64,000 nucleotides of DNA, from NCBI GenBank assembly GCA_002269645.1, contig NIVC01000446.1, forward strand, positions 434,001 through 498,000. Reading direction: 5' to 3'. The notes beneath the pieces are model-generated. The model made no database searches and was not told the origin of the DNA. It saw nothing but the letters and a program-made list of their open reading frames with translations. Source of the stretch: Macrostomum lignano. Taxonomy: Eukaryota. A program made the position numbers and the translations under genes. Positions within the stretch are counted from its first letter, which is position 1; the number at the start of each line of letters is the position of its first letter. Shown piece after piece: positions 57,218 to 64,000 of this stretch.

Positions 57218-60200
57218 CTCTTCGCCCATGTCACCAACTTGGAATCCTGAGTACCACCCCGAATAAGCCGACTGCGATAGAGACGTGGCGTGATGATGAA
57301 TATTCTGGTTGAGCTCCTCAGCAACTGAGGCGTCAGACTTCACTTCTCCGAACATGAACAGCTCCCTGGCTGCCCGGCGCCGCTTCTCATAAATATCCTC
57401 TTCCGGGTTGGATGCGGTGGAGCCCATTGTCCGAACTTTCTTCGTCTTCGACTGCTCCTCGATTTCTGTAGCACCCGATTTCTGTTCCTGGCTCTGCGAC
57501 TCCAAGCTACCAGCTCCGCTGCCTTTTGACCTCCACCAGTAGCTGATGCTCAAGTACTTCGCTATGCCCTGCGATTCCTTGGTTTCTTCAGACGTCTCAG
57601 CTGTTTCAGTTTTCGATGCATCTACCTCGGTTTCCTCCGAAGTAACGTCTGACGCTTCGGTCTCCTGAGTTGACGTTTTGTAGATGGTTTTCTCCTGCAG
57701 AGTTGAGCGCCTTGTAGCCAGTCGGGAAGACATCTGAATAGTAGTGTCCACTGAGGTATCGACTGAGATGGCTGTGCTGTCCATTGTAGTGGTTACATGC
57801 TCGTGAAGGGATTCAGATTGTCCCTGGTTAAAATCTCCAATGAGCAGCTGAGATTCGTGAACAGATAGAGTAGAGTCAAAGTCTTGAAACTCAGTGGTCT
57901 CCTGAGTCTGCTCAAACTCAGTGGTCCCATCAGTCTGCTCGATCTCAGTGGTCCCCTGAGTCTGGTCGATCTCAGTGGTCTCTTCAGCCTGCTCGAACTC
58001 AGTGGTCTCTTCAGCCTGCTCGAACTCAGTGGTCTCTTCAGCCTGCTCGAACTCAGTGGTTCGAACTCGAACCTCAGTTTGCTCGAACTCAGTGGTCTCT
58101 TCAGCCTGCTCGAACTCAGTGGTCTCTTCAGCCTGCTCGAACTCAGTGGTTCGAACTCGAACCTCAGTTTGCTCAAACTCAGTGGTCTCTTCAGCCTGCT
58201 CGAACTCAGTGGTCTCTTCAGCCTGCTCGAACTCAGTGGTCTCTTCAGCCTGCTCGAACTCAGTGGTCTCTTCAGCCTGCTCGAACTCAGTGGTCTCTTC
58301 AGCCTGCTCGAACTCAGTGGTCTCCTGAGTCTGCTCGAACTCAGTGGTCTCTTCAGCCTGCTCGAACTCAGTGGTCTCCTCAGTTTGCTCGAACTCAGTG
58401 GTCTCTTCAGCCTGCTCGAACTCAGTGGTCTCTTCAGCCTGCTCGAACTCAGTGGTCTCCTCAGTCTGCTCGAACTCAGTGGTCTCTTCAGCCTGCTCGA
58501 ACTCAGTGGTCTCCTGAGTCTGCTCGAACTCATTGGTCTCTTCAGTCTGGTCGATCTCAGTGGTCTCCTCAGTCTGCTCGAACTCAGTGGTCTCTTCAGT
58601 CTGGTCGATCTCAGTGGTCTCCTCAGTCTGCTCGAACTCAGTGGTCCCCTGAGTCCACTCGAACTCAGTGATCTCAGTGGGCTCCTGAGTCTGCTCGATT
58701 TCAGTGGTCTCCTCACTAGTCGCCATCTTTGTTTTCCTTTCTAGTTCGGTGTTGCCTTGAGTCGCACTTTCAAGTGCTTTGGATTTTCCTTTTCTCGACC
58801 GCTTCTTTTTGCGTCCTCCTGCCTGCTCTGATGCCGAAGCACCTTGCGATTGTTTTTCCTGCTCCCTCGCTCCAGACTTTCGCACCACAGTTGTCACTGT
58901 TTCCACTGTGGTCACGGTTTCTGTCCTCTGCTCAGCTTCCAGGGAGTCGCTTTGCCGGCTTGCCGAGTCAGTAGCGTCCAAAGACTTCGAAAAGTCGTTG
59001 CCCTTCTTTTTGATTCGCCGATAAGCCCACGAATCGGTGTATTTGGTCTCGCCAGCCTCCTCGTATTCCTCATCAGAAGTGATGATGCCTTCGTCAAATT
59101 GTGAGTCAGTGTCAATGCATCGAATGTATTTCTCTACACTCGAAGTCTCCTCAATTGTCTGAGAAATTTGCTTCGTCTCCTCAGCTGTCCGGTTGATGTC
59201 TGTTTTAGTCTGCTGAATTTGTTTGTCTTCCTTCTGTCTGGTGGAAATTCCGCGCACCGTGGTTAGACTTTTGACATCAAACTGATTGGCATAGTGGCCA
59301 GTCAATGTTGAAATTTTTCTGTAGTCAGATTCAGCAGGCCATACACTGCCAATTTCAACCGTTTGTTTAGCTTTCGTTTCGGTAGCCGCTCCGATTTCAC
59401 TCTCAGAAGCAGTCTCGACCTGTTTCGACGTTTCGATAGTAAGATATTCGGTCTCCAGAGACTCTTCGGTGGGTATGTTATCGGTGGATCTACGATGAAG
59501 CACTACGAAGGAGTCTGCCTCGTCTGCATCCCGTTTAGTCCTGACCGCAGATCCGATGAGGCCGGTCTCGTACCTGTCAGAGTCGGTCTCAATCTTTGCA
59601 ATGGTAACGGTACTTCCGCTCTGAACTCTCCACTCTCCGGTCTGACTAACGACAGTCTTCTGAGTGACAGTGGCGGATGTCGTAGTCGTACTAGAGCTGG
59701 TGGTCGAAGCTTTGGATTCAAAACTTTCAACAGTGGCAACGCCGCAAACTGCTCTGAGGCTTGCCGGGTCAACTTGTCGAGCGTGATGACTTGTGAGCGA
59801 CGATATCTGTCGGTAGTCGGCGACGGGAAGATCCCTTTCACTCACTCTTGCAACCTTCTTATCGCCGTCAACAACAGAGCTACGGGAGCTTGTCTTTGTT
59901 GTTGATATTGAGGTCAGCGAAGTCGATGAAACGGGTTTACCAGATTCGGTTGTTCGAGTTTCACTACCACCGGAGACAAAGACGGTTTTATTGGTTCCTG
60001 CAGCACCAGTTTTGTTTTTAAAGAAAATTTCTAAACTGTTTGAATCGCTTCTTCTAACGTAATGGCTAGCTAGGGTCGAAATAAAAACATAATTCGAAGC
60101 AGGCTTGAACACGTCTTCAGTACTAGCTGTCACATTCAGTTTAGAACACTTCTCTATGCTCCTGATTGCGTCAGAAGCCCGCTCAGTCCTATCAGAAGTA

Positions 60201-63200
60201 TCAGTAGTCTTCTCAGTTGTCTCCTCAGTGGTCTGCTCGATCCCAGGAGAAGTCTCAATGGTCTCCTCAGTGGTTTGCTCGATTTCCTGAGAAGTATCAA
60301 TGGTCTCAGTTGTCTCCTCGGTGGTCTGCTCAATCTCAGTAGTCTCAATTGTCTCCTCAGTGGTCTGCTCGATCTCCTGAGAAGTCTCAATGGTCTCCTC
60401 AGTTGTCTCCTCGGTGGTCTGCTCGATCTCCTGAGAAGTCTCAATGGTCTCCTCAGTTGTCTCCTCGGTGGTCTGCTCGATCTCCTGAGAAGTCTCAATG
60501 GTCTCCTCAGTGGTCTGCTCGATCTCCTGAGAAGTCTCAATGGTCTCCTCAGTGGTCTGCTCGATCTCCTGAGAAGTCTCAATGGTCTCCTCAGTTGTCT
60601 CCTCGGTGGTCTGCTCGATCTCCTGAGAAGTCTCAATGGTCTCTTTAGTTGTCTCCTCGGTGGTCTGCTCGATCTCCTGAGAAGTCTCAATGGTCTCCTC
60701 AGTGGTCTGCTCGATCTCCTGAGAAGTCTCAATGGTCTCCTCGGTTGTCTGACCAATGTCAGTTGTATCTATGGTCTGCTCAATGGTCTGCCCGATAATC
60801 TGCTGTGTCCCAGAGTTCGTACTGGTGACCCTTCCTGTCTCTGTAGTCACTGAGTCCACTATTCGGTTTCTTTTAATTTTGTAGATTTCCGTCTCGAAGT
60901 AAAAGTCGCTGCTTTCAACGGACTTCTCTGAGCCGCTAACTGTTGTTAGCAGCTCAGTCGATTCTTCGATGTTTCGAGAACCTCTGCACCGGAACTCTCC
61001 GAAAGATTCTGTCTCTCTGCCAGTGGATGTGCCGGTTATAACGTAGGCATAGCCAGCGACTTCAGAATCGTCCGAGTTGACTGAGGCATGCGTTGATGCT
61101 GTTGTCCTTTTTCTGGACTCCTCAACGGTTTTCTCGATCTCCTGAGACGTCTCAATTGTCTCCTCAGTTGTCTCCTCGGTGGTCTGCTCGATCTCAGTAG
61201 TCTCAATGGTCTCCTCAGTTGTCTCTTTAGAGGTCTGCTCAATCTCCTGAGAAGTCTCAATGGTCTCCTCAGTTGTCTCCTCGGTGGTCTGCTCGATCTC
61301 CTGAGAAGTCTCAATGGTCTCCTCAGTTGTCTCCTCGGTGGTCTGCTCGATCTCCTGAGAAGTCTCAATGGTCTCCTCAGTTGTCTCCTCGGTGGTCTGC
61401 TCGATCTCCTGAGAAGTCTCAATGGTCTCCTCAGTTGTCTCCTCGGTGGTCTGCTCGATCTCCTGAGAAGTCTCAATGGTCTCCTCAGTGGTCTGCTCAA
61501 ACTCCCGAGAAGTCTCAATGGTCTCCTCAGTTGTCTCTTTAGAGGTCTGCTCGATCTCCTGAGAAGTCTCAATGGTCTCCTCAGTTGTCTCTTTAGAGGT
61601 CTGCTCAATCTCCTGAGAAGTCTCAATGGTCTCCTCAGTTGTCTCTTTAGAGGTCTGCTCAATCTCTTGAGAAGTCTCAATGGTCTCCTCAGTTGTCTCC
61701 TCGGTGGTCTGCTCGATCTCCTGAGAAGTCTCAATGGTCTCCTCAGTTGTCTCCTCGGTGGTCTGCTCGATCTCCTGAGAAGTCTCAATGGTCTCCTCAG
61801 TTGTCTCCTCGGTGGTCTGCTCGATCTCCTGAGACGTCTCAATGGTCTCCTCAGTTGTCTCCTCGGTGGTCTGCTCGATCTCCTGAGAAGTCTCAATGGT
61901 CTCCTCAGTAGTCTCCTCAGTGGTCTGCTCAATCTCTTGAGAAGTCTCAATGGTCTCCTCAGTTGTCTCCTCGGTGGTCTGCTCGATCTCCTGAGAAGTC
62001 TCAATGGTCTCCTCAGTTGTCTCCTCGGTGGTCTGCTCGATCTCCTGAGAAGTCTCAATGGACTCCTCAGTTGTCTCCTCGGTGGTCTGCTCGATCTCCT
62101 GAGAAGTCTCAATGGTCTCCTCATTTGTCTCCTCGGTGGTCTGCTCGATCTCCTGAGAAGTCTCAATGGTCTCCTCAGTTGTCTCCTCGGTGGTCTGCTC
62201 GATCTCCTGAGAAGTCTCAATGGTCTCCTCAGTGGTCTGCTCGATCTCCTGAGAAGTCTCAATGGTCTCCTCAGTGGTCTGCTCAAACTCCCGAGAAGTC
62301 TCAATGGTCTCCTCAGTTGTCTCCTCGATCTCCTGAGAAGTCTCAATGGTCTCCTCAGTGGTCTGCTCGATCTCCTGAGAAGTCTCAATGGTCTCCTCGG
62401 TTGTCTGACCAATGTCAGTTGTATCTATGGTCTGCTCAATGGTCTGCCCGATAATCTGCTGTGTCCCAGAGTTCGTACTGGTGACCCTTCCTGTCTCTGT
62501 AGTCACTGAGTCCACTATTCGGTTTCTTTTAATTTTGTAGATTTCCGTCTCGAAGTAAAAGTCGCTGCTTTCAACGGACTTCTCTGAGCCGCTAACTGTT
62601 GTTAGCAGCTCAGTCGATTCTTCGATGTTTCGAGAACCTCTGCACCGGAACTCTCCGAAAGATTCTGTCTCTCTGCCAGTGGATGTGCCGGTTATAACGT
62701 AGGCATAGCCAGCGACTTCAGAATCGTCCGAGTTGACTGAGGCATGCGTTGATGCTGTTGTCCTTTTTCTGGACTCCTCAACGGTTTTCTCGATCTCCTG
62801 AGACGTCTCAATTGTCTCCTCAGTTGTCTCCTCGGTGGTCTGCTCGATCTCCTGAGAAGTCTCAATGGTCTCCTCAGTAGTCTCCTCAGTGGTCTGCTCA
62901 ATCTCTTGAGAAGTCTCAATGGTCTCCTCAGTTGTCTCCTCGGTGGTCTGCTCGATCTCCTGAGAAGTCTCAATGGTCTCCTCAGTTGTCTCCTCGGTGG
63001 TCTGCTCGATCTCCTGAGAAGTCTCAATGGTCTCCTCAGTTGTCTCCTCGGTGGTCTGCTCGATCTCCTGAGAAGTCTCAATGGTCTCCTCAGTTGTCTC
63101 CTCAGTGGTCTGCTCGATCTCCTGAGAAGTCTCAATGGTCTCCTCAGTAGTCTCCTCAGTGGTCTGCTCAATCTCTTGAGAAGTCTCAATGGTCTCCTCA

Positions 63201-64000
63201 GTTGTCTCCTCGGTGGTCTGCTCGATCTCCTGAGAAGTCTCAATGGTCTCCTCATTTGTCTCCTCGGTGGTCTGCTCGATCTCCTGAGAAGTCTCAATGG
63301 ACTCCTCAGTTGTCTCCTCGGTGGTCTGCTCGATCTCCTGAGAAGTCTCAATGGTCTCCTCAGTTGTCTCCTCGGTGGTCTGCTCGATCTCCTGAGAAGT
63401 CTCAATGGTCTCCTCAGTTGTCTCCTCGGTGGTCTGCTCGATCTCCTGAGAAGTCTCAATGGTCTCCTCAGTGGTCTGCTCGATCTCCTGAGAAGTCTCA
63501 ATGGTCTCCTCAGTTGTCTCCTCGGTGGTCTGCTCGATCTCCTGAGAAGTCTCAATGGTCTCCTCAGTTGTCTCCTCGGTGGTCTGCTCGATCTCCTGAG
63601 ACGTCTCAATGGTCTCCTCAGTGGTCTGCTCGATCTCCTGAGAAGTCTCAATGGTCTCCTCGGTTGTCTGACCAATGTCAGTTGTATCTATGGTCTGCTC
63701 AATGGTCTGCCCGATAATCTGCTGTGTCCCAGAGTTCGTACTGGTGACCCTTCCTGTCTCTGTAGTCACTGAGTCCACTATTCGGTTTCTTTTAATTTTG
63801 TAGATTTCCGTCTCGAAGTAAAAGTCGCTGCTTTCAACGGACTTCTCTGAGCCGCTAACTGTTGTTAGCAGCTCAGTCGATTCTTCGATGTTTCGAGAAC
63901 CTCTGCACCGGAACTCTCCGAAAGATTCTGTCTCTCTGCCAGTGGATGTGCCGGTTATAACGTAGGCATAGCCAGCGACTTCAGAATCGTCCGAGTTGAC
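57218..64000 (-). CDS. Giant Glu/Thr-rich repeat exon of KY/Hillarin-like gene (5' end outside window)
   Basis: One open frame from the window edge to 57218 (>=2261 codons). Repeat-length variants keep frame (42/54-nt and 27-nt units). Ends GAG|GTGAGT, phase 0. Confidence 0.8.

Noticed and set aside
57793-63772. Leu-rich, Arg-rich and SP-rich ORFs overlapping the giant exon
   Set aside because: Alternative-frame and antisense shadows of the coding repeat; they break at each unique module whereas the main frame stays open.

Overview
Eukaryotic (animal) DNA with GC-rich exons and introns packed with minisatellites. The style suggests a free-living flatworm such as Macrostomum, which is an inference only. 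Three spliced genes were reconstructed by hand with consistent GT-AG sites and reading-frame phases. (1) A 3-exon biogenic-amine GPCR of the alpha1-adrenergic/octopamine-alpha type (+, 14-9590, 397 aa). (2) A complete 10-exon liprin-alpha (PPFIA/SYD-2) gene (+, 16592-42497, 1259 aa). (3) A giant - strand gene running off the right edge (>=3068 aa): an Glu/Thr-rich, hierarchically repeated N-terminal exon of at least 6.8 kb, spliced through two micro-exons onto a KY/Hillarin-type transglutaminase-like module that lacks the catalytic Cys. Non-coding DNA holds nested P-element-superfamily transposons with TIRs and 8-bp TSDs, a perfect-TSD foldback element beside a tyrosine-recombinase relic, and a Tc1/mariner derivative with long inverted arms. 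It also holds two tRNA/CORE-like SINEs, other dispersed repeats, a degenerate TTAGGG tract, about 15 unrelated minisatellites and a 7.4-kb 17-bp satellite with higher-order structure. Most long ORFs in the supplied track are translations of tandem repeats, not genes.
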